Position numbers and translations under genes: made by a program. Below are positions 35,801 through 49,876 of a stretch of DNA of 64,000 nucleotides, piece by piece. The DNA comes from Paraphysomonas bandaiensis. Its lineage: Eukaryota > Protista > Chrysophyceae. Within the stretch, counting starts at the first letter, position 1; each line of letters begins with the position of its first letter. The stretch covers positions 1 to 64,000 of the forward strand of contig CBFFRP010000446.1 in the NCBI GenBank assembly GCA_965644295.1. The letters run 5' to 3'. Under the pieces are notes generated by a model. The model made no database searches, was not told the origin of the DNA, and was given only the letters and a program-made list of their open reading frames with translations.

Positions 35801-38800
35801 CTTATCAGATACCACTGACTTCCCATCAGCTCCCTCCACAGATATATCAGCTCCCTTATCAGATACCACTGACTTCCCATCAGCTCCCTCCACAGTTACA
35901 TTCGCAGCCTTAACTGATACCACTGATTTGTCATCAGCTCCCTCCACAGATATATCAGCTCCTTTATCAGCTACCACTGACTTCTCATCAGCTCCTTCCA
36001 CAGATGCATCAGCTCCCTTATCAGATACCACTGACTTCTCATCAGCTCCCTCCACAGATGTATCAGCAGCCTTATCAGATACCACTGACTTCTCATCAGC
36101 TCCCTTATTAGATACCACTGACTTGTCATCAGCTCCCTCCACAGATATATCAGCTCCCTTATCAGATACCACTGACTTCTCATCAGCTCCTTCCACAGAT
36201 GCATCAGCTCCCTTATCAGATACCACTGACTTTTCATCTACTCTCTTATCAGATACCACTGAGTTTTCATCAGCTCCCTTATCAGATACCAATGACTTCT
36301 CATCAGCTCCCTTATCAGATACCACTAACTTGTCATCAGCTCCCTCCACAGATACATCAGCAGCCTTATCAGATACCACTGACTTCTCATCAGCTCCTTC
36401 CACAGATGCATCAGCTCCCTTATCAGATACCACTGACTTTTCATCAGCAGCCTTATCAGATACCAATGGCTTCTCATCAGCTCCCTCCACAGATGCATCC
36501 GCAGCCTTATCTGATACCACTGACTTCTCATCAGCTCCCTCCACAGATGCATCCGCAGCCTTATCTGATACAATTGACTTCTCATCAGCTCCCTCCACAG
36601 ATGCATCCGCAGCCTTATCAGATACAATTGACTTCTCATCAGCTCCCTCCACAGATGCATCCGCAGCCTTATCAGATACAATTGACTTCTCATCAGCTCC
36701 CTCCACAGATGCATCCGCAGCCTTATCTGATACAATTGACTTCTCATCTACCATCTTATCAGATACAATTGACTTCTCATCAGCTCCCTCCACAGATGCA
36801 TCCGCAGCCTTATCAGATACAATTGACTTCTCATCAGCTCCCTCCACAGATGCATCAGCAGCCTTATCAGATACCACTGATACCTCATTGCTGGCGTCAT
36901 CTCGTGTATTGTTGTTTTTTTCATGTGATGCATCGTGTGATTTGTTACTGCTTTCAATTGAAGTAGTATCATTCACGTTGCCTATAGAAGCGCTATTTGT
37001 GGTCATATTGTCGACTTTTTGGCTTTCCTTCGCTGCATTGTAACTGGTTCCAGCAGTCGACATACTCTGAGAGTCAGAAAACATTGAGAAGGTATCCAGA
37101 GATTGTGCGTCATAATCAAATGCATCAGCAACCTGGCTCTGAAGAAATGTGAACGCGTGATCCTGTTTCGTAAATACATCAAGGCAACGGGCTACTTTCT
37201 TGTCGTCTGGCGGCTCATGCACTGTCAAGGCAGTAATATTGCCACAACAAAGGAAAACTTCAAGACCTATACTCATCTTCTCGTTGTAAATAGGAACGGT
37301 CACATTCTGCGGCGTCTCGTTTACATTAACACAGTGGGAGCGTACATGATTTAGGCATAGCACCAGTAGGGGAAGATATTGCGACAATTTATCTAAAGTT
37401 CCAATCATTCGTATTGGGACAGTAAATACAAACCGCTGGTTTGTTCGAACTTCCAATAATATAACCTTCAATGCTCCACTCTCTGCCCTAGGAGAAGCTG
37501 CGTGAACGGCTGCTGCCGAAGGAGTTGCCAGTATTTCTGGTGGGCGAGGGGAAGTTTCCAAAAAAGCTCTGTACATGAACATCAATCCAAAATGCCGATA
37601 GCACCCTTTCCTTGAGCGCAGACGGTCAAAAAGAGAGTGCAAGGAATCGACAGTAGCATCCTCGGCCGCCTGATCCTTATCATCCTCAGTGCCCTGTGAG
37701 GACGAAAGTGGTTCGACTGAAGGGTACTCACGATTCCTCTTTCGCATGACATCTACAGCCACCTCGTTCGTTGTAAGGTTCCCTTTCGGGTCTAAGGACA
37801 GATGAAGTTGCCGCATAACATAAAACCCTGTCTCCTTCTCTCTAAACTGGATCGTCACAAGATATAAATCGTGATCAGCTTGTCCCGAGTCATCTTTACT
37901 CTCTTCCCCCAAGGCAACAGGTCGTAGAAATCCACAAGACATCCGCAGCTCATATGTGTACCTGGCATCGAACTGCTTGAGCGGGAGCGCAAATGGAGAA
38001 GACAGCATAATTATTCCCGATTTGTTTGTCTTGACTTCTAAAAATCGAATACGTTGAATTTCACCCTTCCAGTTTGGTTGAACCGACAGCAGAAGGGGAT
38101 ACAAGCCCCCGACCACCAGACCTGCGGATGCGCGCAATTTATGCAACAGATCTCTCCTAACCTCGGGGGTGAGCTTGCTTTTCCAACAGTGCCTACATTC
38201 TTGCCCTCTATAGAAGGCCTGAATTTTACTGGCAGCAGATTCGTTTCGAGATTTTGTACCAGGCAGCTTTTCAATCAAATTCGCAAGTGGCCCTTCGATG
38301 AAGTCTATCACCTCCGATGAATATGTGGACCAAGTCTCGAGTGCAATTGCACATTGAGAATTGCTAGGATCCAAAGTTACAGCTTGCTGCAAGACACAAA
38401 CTATATCAGTACTACATGTGCAATTATTGCGTTAAGCAAGAATACTGACCTTAACAGCAAGTTGTGCATCAGATGTACGCCCACAGCGGAAACAAGATTT
38501 CGCAAACTTAAACCATAGACTGGACTTGAGAAAAGCCTGTCGATCCCTCACCAGTCCCTGACCATAGAAATCTGCCGCAAGTGAATACAGTCCATGCATA
38601 ACGCATTTGTCTCCTATATCCCTCCACGTGACAAAGCTAGATATCCAGGCCTCATATGACTCCTGGCATACACTTTGCTGAGAAACAGACTCTCCACTGG
38701 CCTGGAGACTGTTATCAGCGGCTGCATCCGACTTCTCAGATACCATGTGACTGAACACCTGATAACATGTTACATTTGACACACCAATCATATCAAAAGA

Positions 38801-39737
38801 GAATCACGTACCATTATGTACCCATCTTCGACGGGATCCGATGAGTTGGTCTTGGTTTCAAATCCGAGCTGTTCGAAGGACCGAGACAAAATAAACATTA
38901 GGTCGGATTTGCTAAAAAACTTAGGCAATCCAAGTTGAATTGTCTCAAAAAAATACTGGCCAGCTTGCTCATACTTCCCGAGAGAGCTCAGCATAGCCCC
39001 AGCTGTCAAGTAGAATATGGACATGTTTTTGTTCCCTTCAAACTTTCTCATCACAGATGTGATTGTCTTCAGGCCTTGATCTGACTCCCCTAAATGCATA
39101 AGAACTTTTCCGTACTCGAGCCACACAGAGGCATCCGTGGATATATCTACACTCTTTAAAGCAGCTTCGTACGCTGCTTTTGCATACGTCAAGTGCTCAG
39201 TCTGCGCAAGTAAGATGAGGGAGTGATTAGAGCATGCAAATTCTGGTTTACCTCGCCAACAACACCTCGTGTCATCCACGCTTCATAGTGGGCAGCAGCT
39301 AGTTTTCTTAAGTTTGCAGGTGACATTTCTGCTCCACGGTGATGCGCCCATTCCATTAAAAGTGAGCCGTAATATGTCATTTCGGTATTGCGAATCTGTA
39401 ATCCACGCGCAACACTTTCCTCTAAACACTGAAGCCCAAGCTGGACAACAGAAGACAAGTTCGGCTCCGGTGCTTGAGACAATAAATATTCCTGCAGCTC
39501 TGACCGTTCGATATCCCTATCAGCAGGAGGTGGTCTGGCGTTGGATGGTCTCTGGTTACCAGATCGCTGTCTGTTAATGCCGATGCCCATCCGCTGCACG
39601 GGGGTCTGCGGCCGACTCTCATCAAACGAACCAGCATCCGATTTCTTAAAAAACATTTTTGATATAAAGGAAGAGCCAGTCTCCGACTCTCGTGTTCCCT
39701 CCCTGGTGCCGCCTCCGCTTCCGCTCTCTTCTTCCAT
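32897..39737 (-). CDS. Large protein: TPR-like N-terminus, IQ motif, duplicated unknown domain, acidic tandem repeat, UBA-like region (multi-exon)
   Basis: Colinear ORFs 39189-39737, 38788-39279, 38432-38791 and 32897-38392; TPR-like helices; ASKIQAFYRG; AFCALAQTSGSVGEAL. Confidence 0.8.
35660..36880 (-). repeat. In-frame coding minisatellite, 54-bp and 33-bp units (DEKSVVSDKAADASVEGA)
   Basis: More than 20 frame-preserving tandem units. Confidence 0.95.
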
Positions 39738-40104
39738 GCGTCACTGTGTGTCTGTGTCTGTATCAGTGCACCGGGTGAAGGGGAGACATGCACCGCTCAT
39801 TCACAGTGTTCGGTGTGTGTGTTGACAGCGTGGTTGTTGTGATGGTGTGTGTATGAGCGCTGCGGTCTTCTCACTGCGGTCTCATGTGCATGTGGATCAG
39901 CCCGCACACACAGCACAGATACACACCCCTCCATATGCATACACACACACACACATACACATACACACACACATACACATGCAGGCGTGTGTCTGCACGA
40001 TGTTTAATACCGAAGATCCAGATGAAACGGCTAGTCCTCACCAGCAGCAGACAACACTGTATTCTATCTGTATATATCTGTATATATCTGTATATAGTTC
40101 TATC

Positions 40105-40770
40105 CCTCATGCCCTCATGCCCTCATGCATGCTTGTCCCTCATGCATGCATTGATCACTTGTCCCTCATGCATTGATCACTTGTCCCTCGTGCATGCATT
40201 GATCACTTGTCCCTCATGCATGCATTGATCACTTGTCCCTCATGCATTGATCACTTGTCCCTCATGCATTGATCACTTGTCCCTCATGCATTGATCACTT
40301 GTCCCTCATGCCCTCATGCATTGATCACTTGTCCCTCAGGCATGCATTGATCACATGTCCCTCATGCCCTCATGCATGCAATGATCACTTGTCCCTCATG
40401 TATGCATTGATCACTTGTCCCTCAGGTATTGATCACTTGTCCCTCATGTATGCAATGATCACTTGTCTCTCATGCATGCATTGATCACTTGTCCCTAATG
40501 CATGCATTGATCACTTGTCCCTCATGTATGCATTGATCACTTGTCCCTCATGCATTGATCACTTGTCCCTCATGCATGCATTGATCACTTGTCCCTCATT
40601 CCCTCATGTATGCAATGATCACTTGTCCCTCATGCATGCATTGATCACTTGTCCCTCATGTATGCAATGATCACTTGTCCCTCATACATGCAACGATCAC
40701 TTGTCCCTCATGCCCTCATGCATTGATCACTTGTCCCTCATGCATGCTTGTCCCTCATGCATGCAATGGT
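40105..40770. repeat. Minisatellite, 22-30 bp units GCATTGATCACTTGTCCCTCAT(GCAT)
   Basis: More than 20 tandem units, each typically with TGATCA and ATGCAT palindromes. Confidence 0.95.
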
Positions 40771-41077
40771 CACTGGTGCAATTGTGCACACTACGCAATA
40801 AAACACATTCGCCATAATCTGCGTGTTCTAAACGTTTTTAAAATGTTTTAGTTTACCTGTATCTGACATATTTAATCCTTTGCATAGTCGTTTACATTAG
40901 TTTTGAAATTTTACTAGATTTTGACGGTTTTAACAGGTTTGTTGATCACTTCGACTTTCTGCTATATATTATTTACGATCTATAATATATATGATATATG
41001 ACATGACCAGCCCTCTATTCATACTGTGCTGCTGTGTCAAGTGGATAGCATTTAAATTCTCTGAGTCTCCCTCATAT

Positions 41078-41320
41078 ATGTTGAGTTTTGCTGTTTTAGA
41101 GAATTTAAAAGCTGTAGTTCAAAGATATATGTACTATGACTGTTAATGGAAGAATTCAGAAGTGGTTAACTGCTTTATGAGAACTGAGGTCACAATAGCA
41201 AATAGCAATCATAGTTGTGAAACTGAAATATATTGACCGTATAAGACCGTGATATCTAGCATTGTATGGAAATGATTGGTAGTTGAGAAAACATGAATTT
41301 GGCGATTGACAAGTGATATT
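41078..41320 (+). repeat. AT-rich dispersed repeat family 2
   Basis: Homologous to 25196-25440. Confidence 0.7.
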
Positions 41321-42340
41321 GATCATAAGTTTTTTATATGTTACTATATGTTATAATATCAGTATAGAGTGAAAGAATTGTTCAGTTATGTCATTTTCTT
41401 ACAATATGTACGTATATATAACATTAATGAATGTAATAATAGAAACTGAAAATAATGCAAAGATATAATCACGAGATGTCAATATATGTAATATTCTCTA
41501 TGACGATGAATTAAAGTGATTTAGTTTTATATACAGCGATTCATATACTATGTGACAATATTGCAATCCCATAGTCCACTTTGTATAAAATATTCGAAGT
41601 ACACTGTATATATGGTATATGGGACTTGTTCAAGTAGCCAGGAAATAGTATAAGTAATCATATTTCTCTGTATTTCACGATGCATGTGAAAGTGTAATAA
41701 CGGAAATTTCTACCTAGAATGCCAACTAAGTACCGCTGCTTGAAGCATATTTACTATTTACTCCACTATTAATACTGTTGAAAGGCTTTTCAGTAGAGTA
41801 GCCTGCGCATATCTATGCACCTCATCGATTGGAGGCTCTTATGTCCTTATGTTCTTGCGCCTTAGTAGATTCTGTGGAATGCAAGTACAGTTGAAGGTAT
41901 TAGTCATGCTTGTAATGAGTTACTAATAAAATTACACAATACTTGGCAATTATAATTGCGCGAGCTATAACTAATAATTGAAATTTAATCGCTAAAAAAC
42001 TATTGCAATTAAATTTCAATTAATTGTTACACAGCCCTGATACTCTCAATCAAGCTTCATTCCAGTATAAAGTCCGTATAAGCATATTTTTGCTGCTAGG
42101 GTTAGATCTCTTTCCCGTCTTTCACAACTCGCCTTTTTCTACACACCACTACAGCACGATATATCCTAGCAAATCACGTATTATAAATTTACAACACAAG
42201 AATAATATGCTGAGCCTATACACACTACAGCAGGCAAGTAGAATAGTAGAGTGTAGCATTCACTGCTAACAAATAAACACAAAATTAAGACAGACTAATC
42301 TAGTTATATCTACATGGTTGATATTCATCTCCAGTTCACA

Positions 42341-45300
42341 TCAGTAAAGAGACTTCTTTTTCTTCTTAACGTAAGGATCTGACTGTGCTGACATAATTTG
42401 CTCGTATTGTTTCACTATTTCCGCTTGATCCGGTAATATTCGGCTCCTGCGAATACACATTACACCCGCTTCTCCTCATGACACAAACACTAAGTATACT
42501 ATATACGTAGGTCACACCTGGTAACTTCCTCAATTCCTGATCCATATGCTTTTCCTAAGACAAACTCCAGCTCAGACTTACGGCCAGTGGGGCCTGTGAA
42601 ACAAATTTTAGCACCAGCACTGGCAAATGTGTCACTAATACCTCCTCTCCCAAGTTCTCTTGCCATCGATGTAATTGGCGTTGTCAGAGATATATTTTGC
42701 AGTAAAACTTCGACAACGCGCCTGCAGATACGGGTCACGTCGGGAAAACAGTGACAATTCGAAGTAAATATTCAGATTGGTGCAAATACTGCATAGACAA
42801 ACTAATTGTACTCACATATGTTGCCACGGCATCACTCGCGCCATTTGCGCTGCCCTAGTGTCTCCCTGAATCAAACATAGGAAAAATTGAGAATAAAGAA
42901 TGTTGACCGAATGGATACATCACTGCCCTACCTCAAATCGAAGATTGTGCTCATCCAGTAGTTTCGAAATTTCAGGTTCATATATATACCCCATATATTG
43001 TCGCGCGTTGATTAAGTCATGTCCTACTATCTTGTAGCTACCCCCACAACGGTATACCACCACCGATAACGAGTGATTGCTAACACGAATGCCGCGACGC
43101 AACATTTCAACGACTTCAGGCCCACCTGCTCGACGCCTACGTTCCCTGACTACTTTCAGACGAGCCTGTCGACAACGGGCTACGCACTGAATTATCAAGC
43201 ACGCACGGTTCATTTTCCTCAGTTTTCGGCGGTGAATCCACCCCCTGAATGACATTCTTACAAAACAGCTAGAACAAATTCAGACCATACTTCACTCTGG
43301 ACTGTATGAGGGACGCTTGATAGAAACGCCTCGCGCGCATAGTGTCTTTCCTTGCCTTGGCCTGCCATACAAGCATGAAACAACTCACATTGGGGTCAGT
43401 AAGCAGGTTAGAAAATAGAATACATACGATATAAATCTCATATAACAGTAAGACTGTGCGCACCTCATTAGTATTCGCAATCTGTCTGTTTCTATCCAAG
43501 ATACCCATGTGCAGTCGTTTCCACAGCGATCGCCCTTGAAATCCTCTAAACGCCCGCTGAATAACTTTCGCACAATGTTCTTCTACTCTCAACCTGACAA
43601 TAAGAGAAACGAGTACATCACTCACTCACGATGAATTCGTGTAAACATACCCGTTGCGTTCTTGTCGACGGTACTCTATAAAAGGGAAAGTCAGTCGGGC
43701 AACAGAAGCGTCTGAATAATCCCGAGTGTGATCAGGTCTACCTCGTCCACAGGACACGAGTCGTACACCCTACATATATTTGGCGTAAGTCGCAGGACTG
43801 ATTATATTAAACTTCGGAAACAAGACAAACGTCAGTAAAATCGCTACCTGTGCAGCATATTCCGCCAACAGCTTCCATTTTGGCTTGTTTCGAATATCTA
43901 GCTCTGTCTGATCAAGAGCTTTCGCATAATACTTAACAGCCACTTCATAGACGTGCGAGGTTTCTGATGGAAGTAGGATGAGAGGTCGAACCGAGAGAGA
44001 TCCATTAGATGACCACTTCTGTCGGTTCCTTTGGCAGATAGTTTCATACACCTCCAATGGTGTCCTTTCACGATCCTCTTCTTTCTCCTCTATCACTGTA
44101 GGTGTTTGTTTCTGGTTGCGCCCATGAGGTTGTATCTGAGAGGGTTGAACCATACTTCCTGAAATCATCAACATCTCGCCACACCGAAAACACTCCACGT
44201 CGAGAGACACTGGTCGTCGTCGAGTCGAATCGGACTTCCGCTTGCTACTACTACTGCTTCCAGATGGAACTTCATCTTCGACATCTTCTTTTAAGTCTCG
44301 AAATGCCAACCGTTGCTTTAACACTAATTCATGAGAGTTCTCGAATAGATTCTCGAATACAATCATACGTAGGGATATGCTTTCAGCATCTCTATATGCA
44401 GTCTTGTCTCGGGTCCTGACAAGAAGGCGCTTTAGACGGACGTATATATCTGCTCGCATGCTTCCGTTAGCATGACCTCTCATCCCCCCTCCAAAGCAGC
44501 AGAACTGCTTTGCAATGACAAAACATGACATCAGAGAAAGTGTCCTTGCATTACATCCTGCCACTCTAAACCCATTCCAGAAGTATGATTTCTCTAGTGT
44601 TAATAAAAAATCTGCTGAGGGTGTGCGTTCCCTTGCTTTGAGCTCTTTATTGAGAATGGTAGCATAGAAATCTTCCGTATTCTTATTATAGGCTGACTGT
44701 TGTAGCGGTTTCCTAATTTTCCATAGCTCATTCATTTCAAGTCTCTGAAGAGTAAGTAGAATTGCCACGGCCTCCTCAAGCTGGTCTTCTCGCACCAATT
44801 TAGCGGCGGTGTTACCTGGGGCACACCAAGAGTACAGTAGAGCTACGAGAAGACAAAAAAGTGCAGGTAAGAAGCCAGGAAAACGGGCTAGAAGTATATA
44901 TAACAAGTCTACTGAAAAGTCAGCGCGCCCAGTGCCAACCAAGTGACACAAGGCCAAATGTAGCATGTCCCATCTATCACGATCGCCGTCAGAGCCCCAC
45001 ACAGTTTCCACCCCGGCAGCATGCAGTCCGCTAGATGCGCTATGCATTAGCTTCACAACAAGATTGCGAACAGAAGAAATGGGGGTGCCACGAATGTCAA
45101 CAATCGTTTCTAATGTCATGCGACAACCGAGGTTATTGCTCAAGCGTACATCGTCAGCAACAACCTATATTCTAGTCAAATAACGAAAAGCCACGTATAC
45201 ATGTAACGATAGTGTCAAAATTGCATGTCAACAAGCACTAAAATAAAATACATCCCAAAGGGGATTCAATACGGATCAGTACACAACAAAAGGTAGTGTA

Positions 45301-45897
45301 CCGCGCGCATAGAAGAATAGATTGCCTCAACGGACACCCAGAGACTCTTCACCCATATCCTCGCGAGGTATCCCCGAACATGTTGCTGAATACGGGTTGC
45401 TCTACGCTCCAGAACACGTTGTTTGAGTCCTTCGAAATACATGCGACTGGCTCTGCTGCGGTACGCACACTGAAGCATAGTTGCCATTTGATTTAAGTAT
45501 TGCGCCTTCTTTATTCGAAGCACTCTTCTCGCCTGATAGGCACGTAAGAGGACAACACATGACAACCCTAAACCAACAGACCTTCCAGCACCGACATAGT
45601 CCCCTTATGACTTCTCTTCTCTGCGTTAGATAGTATATGTACAAGTCTCTGGCCCTCTTGCGTCCTCTGTGCCCTCTATACACCCGCTGTATCTTAACAA
45701 CAGCTGCTGCAGTGAGTATTCCGTCATAGCTGTGACAGAGATGACTCAGAGGATGACAAGGAGGCAAACAGGCGTGTACACACTTACCTCCAGAGCTCTC
45801 TGCGCTTGCGGTGCCCTCGATACAGAGACTGAATCTTACGGGCGGCGTAATGGTTCTGAGAGGCCAGCTCCCATAAGCACGCCTTGCCGGTAGACAT
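42341..45897 (-). CDS. Multi-IQ-motif (calmodulin-binding) protein, multi-exon
   Basis: Repeated IQ motifs: KIQSLYRGH, KIQRVYRGH, RIQQHVRGY, VIQRAFRGF, IIQCVARCR. Start MSTGKAC at 45897; internal exons approximate. Confidence 0.8.
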
Positions 45898-46042
45898 GAT
45901 GGTCAATTCAGAGTCCTCATATCAGAACCAGCGGTGACAATCACCATGCCACGCCTCCACTATGAGCGATACATACATATACAATACACCCTTAAAAAAT
46001 ATAACAGACAGATGATCACACACTGCACGTACCCATACACAC

Positions 46043-46432
46043 ATACCTACCTACCTTCCTACAGTACCTTCCTACATACATACATACATACATACATACA
46101 TACATACATACATACATACATACATACATACATACATACATACATACATACATACCTACCTACCTACCTACCTACCTACCTACCTACCTACCTACATACA
46201 TACATACATACATACATACATACATACATACATACATACATACATACATACATACATACATACATACATACATACATACATACATACATACATACCTACA
46301 TACATACATACATACATACATACATACATACATACATACATACATACATACATACATACATACATACATACATACATACATACATACATACATACATACA
46401 TACATACATACATACATACGTACATATACATA
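46043..46432. repeat. (CATA)n microsatellite with a (CCTA)n block, between divergent genes
   Basis: Seen directly. Confidence 0.99.
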
Positions 46433-46519
46433 CGGTATCATACAGGGGGCAGTTGACATGGAGTTGTGTGTATCGTTAGCACAGTGAGGTCGCCATCTCT
46501 TGCACTATAGAAGTGTAGG

Positions 46520-48283
46520 ATGACCCAGTCGGATGACAGTGATCTGGCGTCTCAGTTAAGCTCTCTTCGTTCTGAGGTGTTTGATTATGAGGATGATAAG
46601 CCCTCTCGCTCATCAGCTAAGAAGCCATCGAAGAGGAGCCATCGCAAGCTGTCGTTAGATGACATGCAGAGCCCCGCAGTGCATAGTCGTCATATGCACA
46701 GCAGTAACAGCAGAAACATCTCACGACACTCTTATGTGCATATGCCTGATCGAGATGCGAGCATCAGTCGAGCAGTTATCGAGACGGAGCAGATGGGTCT
46801 TCGGCTAACGGATGAGGTGCAGCGACTCAGAGCAGAATTGAAGCGATCACAGGAACATCATGCAGACCTTAGTTCTACTTTGCGTCGAGTGAATGCTGAC
46901 AACGATATACTGAGAAGGCAATGTGATGACTCAAGCTCTATCATCGAGCAGCTCACTGAACTCAATCACAAGCTATCACTGGAATGTGATAAGCTTAAGA
47001 ATGACATGGTATAACAGATCGTCCTATTACATATAGTTGATTTTGCATAATTCAACTGATTTAATATTTGCTGTACTATGGGTGTATATCTAGTCTCATC
47101 CGTTTGTGTGTATTGTAGAGCGTGCACAGCGAGAAAGTCTCGTTGGTAGAAGAAAAGAACAGTGTGACGACTGAAAAGCTACAGCTAGTAACGGGCGAGA
47201 GAGATAAACTGAAGGAAGAACTTGAAACACTCCGTCAAAAGGTGTGTATGAATAGGTTGTAGGATTTACAGATACTTGTGGGGTATGTTGCAGCTTGAAG
47301 TAATCGTGCCTATAGTTCGGTCGTAACCCGTACCTATTTGTTACACTTATTGATGTATGCGCAGAGCCTCTCCCAAGATTCCCAGTTACTCGCTCTCCAG
47401 AATGCTCTGGATGAGACCAAAGGAGAGTTGGTGACTGTGCGAAAGCAAACCGATGAGGTGAATATACTACAGTGGCACAGTTAAATTCCTGATGTTTTGT
47501 ATACACTACAACGTATAATTTTATTTTAAATTTCTATACAGGGTGGAGAGAGTCGCCAAGGCTTGCTCGCTCTGCTACAAGAACGGGATAGAGATGTCAA
47601 ACGTCTAGGGGGGGCACTGAGAGAGGCTGGTAACACCGTAGAAGAGACAGCAGAGAGTTTGCACCAAGAAAGACGTCGATGTGAAGCTTTGGAGAGAGAG
47701 CTAGACTCTCTCCGCGGAGAGATGTCCAGGAATAGGCAACGTAAATTAAAAGGGGATGATGATCGTGCGTCTCTCGAACGACAGGTTCATGCCTTGGAGG
47801 AGCAACGGAGTTTTTTGCAAAGTGAGAAAACCAAATTACAGGACACTGTCACTGATCTGAAAAGGCGATTGGCAGCCCAGTCAGAGCAGATAACTCAGCT
47901 CGAGGAATCAAACGCCAATATCACCACTGCGCACAACAGTAAGATACATTCACTAAGGTTGCAAGTTAACGCGAGTGCTAACACTCTTGAGAAGATTCAG
48001 GGACAGAAATTTAGGCAAGAGGAAATTATTCAAGAGCTAAGGTTGGTCGCCCTCAGTTTATATATATGACATGTAGCTGCTCGTAGAGTACTTCTTGTTT
48101 AGAATTATACTTCATGCCTTATAGTAATTTCTTATTACTAGACTACAACTGTCGGTGCTGGAGGGAAAGTATGCCACTTTGAAGCGACTCAACAGGCAGC
48201 TCTTGACGGCAACCAACACTTACGAAGATATTCTGCGGAAAAGAGATAATAGTATGGACTCGAGGTCGATAAATATGATGTGA
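46520..48283 (+). CDS. Coiled-coil protein of unknown function, multi-exon
   Basis: Heptad-rich ORFs 46520-47014 and 47563-48069 linked by small GT-AG exons; last exon ends TGA at 48283. Confidence 0.75.
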
Positions 48284-48651
48284 ATTAATGAAAGCTATGA
48301 TCCGATTTTGTAGAATATGAAGTTATATTGCAATGATAAGCAGTGTTGTAGTTCTGGTGTATAGTGGGGTGAATAATGTAGAATGTAACTGTGATAAGTA
48401 AGAAGTATTGAGCCGAATTAAGACAATTTCATGATTATAAAAGATAGGAAAAAATGTAATTCTATTCTTCATCCAAATTTTATGGCAGAACTATAATTAT
48501 ACACGTATCATATATATATATGATATATGTTATCGCAACGGCGAACGAGAAAATGCCAAATCGTCAGAGTAGGAGTAATCACGACAGTTGAGGTCGTATA
48601 TATGACTGCCTAATATAAACAAGCTATCTGAGTAATATACTTAAGGTCCTC

Positions 48652-49299
48652 TTACTTTTCCTCGTCCCAGCCATCTTCACCATCGATGTCTGAGTCATCA
48701 AAATAGCCGCCATCGCTATCGGAACTCAGCCACCATATCCCGCCCGTCCAAATATGATCCCAACTCTTACTGCTGTCCACTTCTCCATCCCACTCTTCAA
48801 CTTCGTCTACTTCGACATCACCATCTCCATCATGATCAATCCACTGACCCATCAAGTGCTCCACTCGCAAAGTGCCAAGAGTCATACCTTCAAACAGACT
48901 ATCCGGGCTATCGCTTCCTTCGCTCAGGTCCCAAAATTCACCATCCCAACAAACTACTGGCCCAGCATCATCATGTTCTAAAGCATGATATTCTTCCAGC
49001 TCCATATCTGCTTCTATTATAGAACTGTCTGTAACCTTCTCGCCAACTGCGATTTCACCTCCTGCTCTACTCACACAGATATTGGAGGGGTCAAATTCAC
49101 GGGAACTATTCACTAGTAACGAATGAGATAACTTCAGGCGGTCGTCATTCACTGACGGCGATATGAACCCTCTGAATAACACACTCGACACTCGACTCAA
49201 AATACACCACGAAACAGGACACGACAGAGACGCTGGAGACTCATGTCTGTCTTTGTGCAGCCACGACACATACACCTTTCGACTGAACCACCAAAACAT
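48652..49299 (-). CDS. Orphan acidic, Trp-rich 215-aa protein
   Basis: Open 648-bp ORF with GC-richer composition, starting 74 bp from a (TATG)n array like the other genes; no family recognised. Confidence 0.45.
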   Translation of the reverse strand: MFWWFSRKVYVSWLHKDRHESPASLSCPVSWCILSRVSSVLFRGFISPSVNDDRLKLSHSLLVNSSREFDPSNICVSRAGGEIAVGEKVTDSSIIEADMELEEYHALEHDDAGPVVCWDGEFWDLSEGSDSPDSLFEGMTLGTLRVEHLMGQWIDHDGDGDVEVDEVEEWDGEVDSSKSWDHIWTGGIWWLSSDSDGGYFDDSDIDGEDGWDEEK

Positions 49300-49372
49300 C
49301 CCTTAATATATACACCCCCCTCTAAACATAACACACCCACGCAAGTGCTACATGTCCACATCCATAACATGA

Positions 49373-49822
49373 ATGTATGTATGTATGTATGTATGTATGT
49401 ATGTATGTATGTATGTATGTATGTATGTATGTATGTATGTATGTATGTATGTATGTATGTATGTATGTATGTATGTATGTATGTATGTATGTATGTATGT
49501 ATGTATGTATGTATGTATGTATGTATGTATGTATGTATGTATGTATGTATGTATGTATGTATGTATGTATGTATGTATGTATGTATGTATGTATGTATGT
49601 ATGTATGTATGTATGTATGTATGTATGTATGTAGGTATGTATGTATGTATGTATGTATGTATGTATGTATGTATGTATGTATGTATGTATGTATGTATGT
49701 ATGTATGTATGTATGTATGTATGTATGTATGGATGTATGTATGTATGTATGTATGTATGTATGTATGTATGTATGTATGTATGTATGTATGTATGTATGT
49801 ATGTATGTATGTATGTATGTAT
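49373..49822. repeat. (TATG)n microsatellite between divergent ORFs
   Basis: About 112 units seen directly. Confidence 0.99.
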
Positions 49823-49876
49823 ACGGTGTGCATCATGTGGAGGTTGTTCTGTTGAGTGTCAGTTATCGTTGCAGTC

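Noticed and set aside
35766-37043. 425-aa Ser/Thr-rich plus-strand ORF resembling a mucin
   Set aside because: Antisense shadow of the coding minisatellite in the minus-strand gene.
40105-40770. Possible CRISPR array
   Set aside because: Units are contiguous with no unique spacers, there are no cas genes, and the context is eukaryotic.
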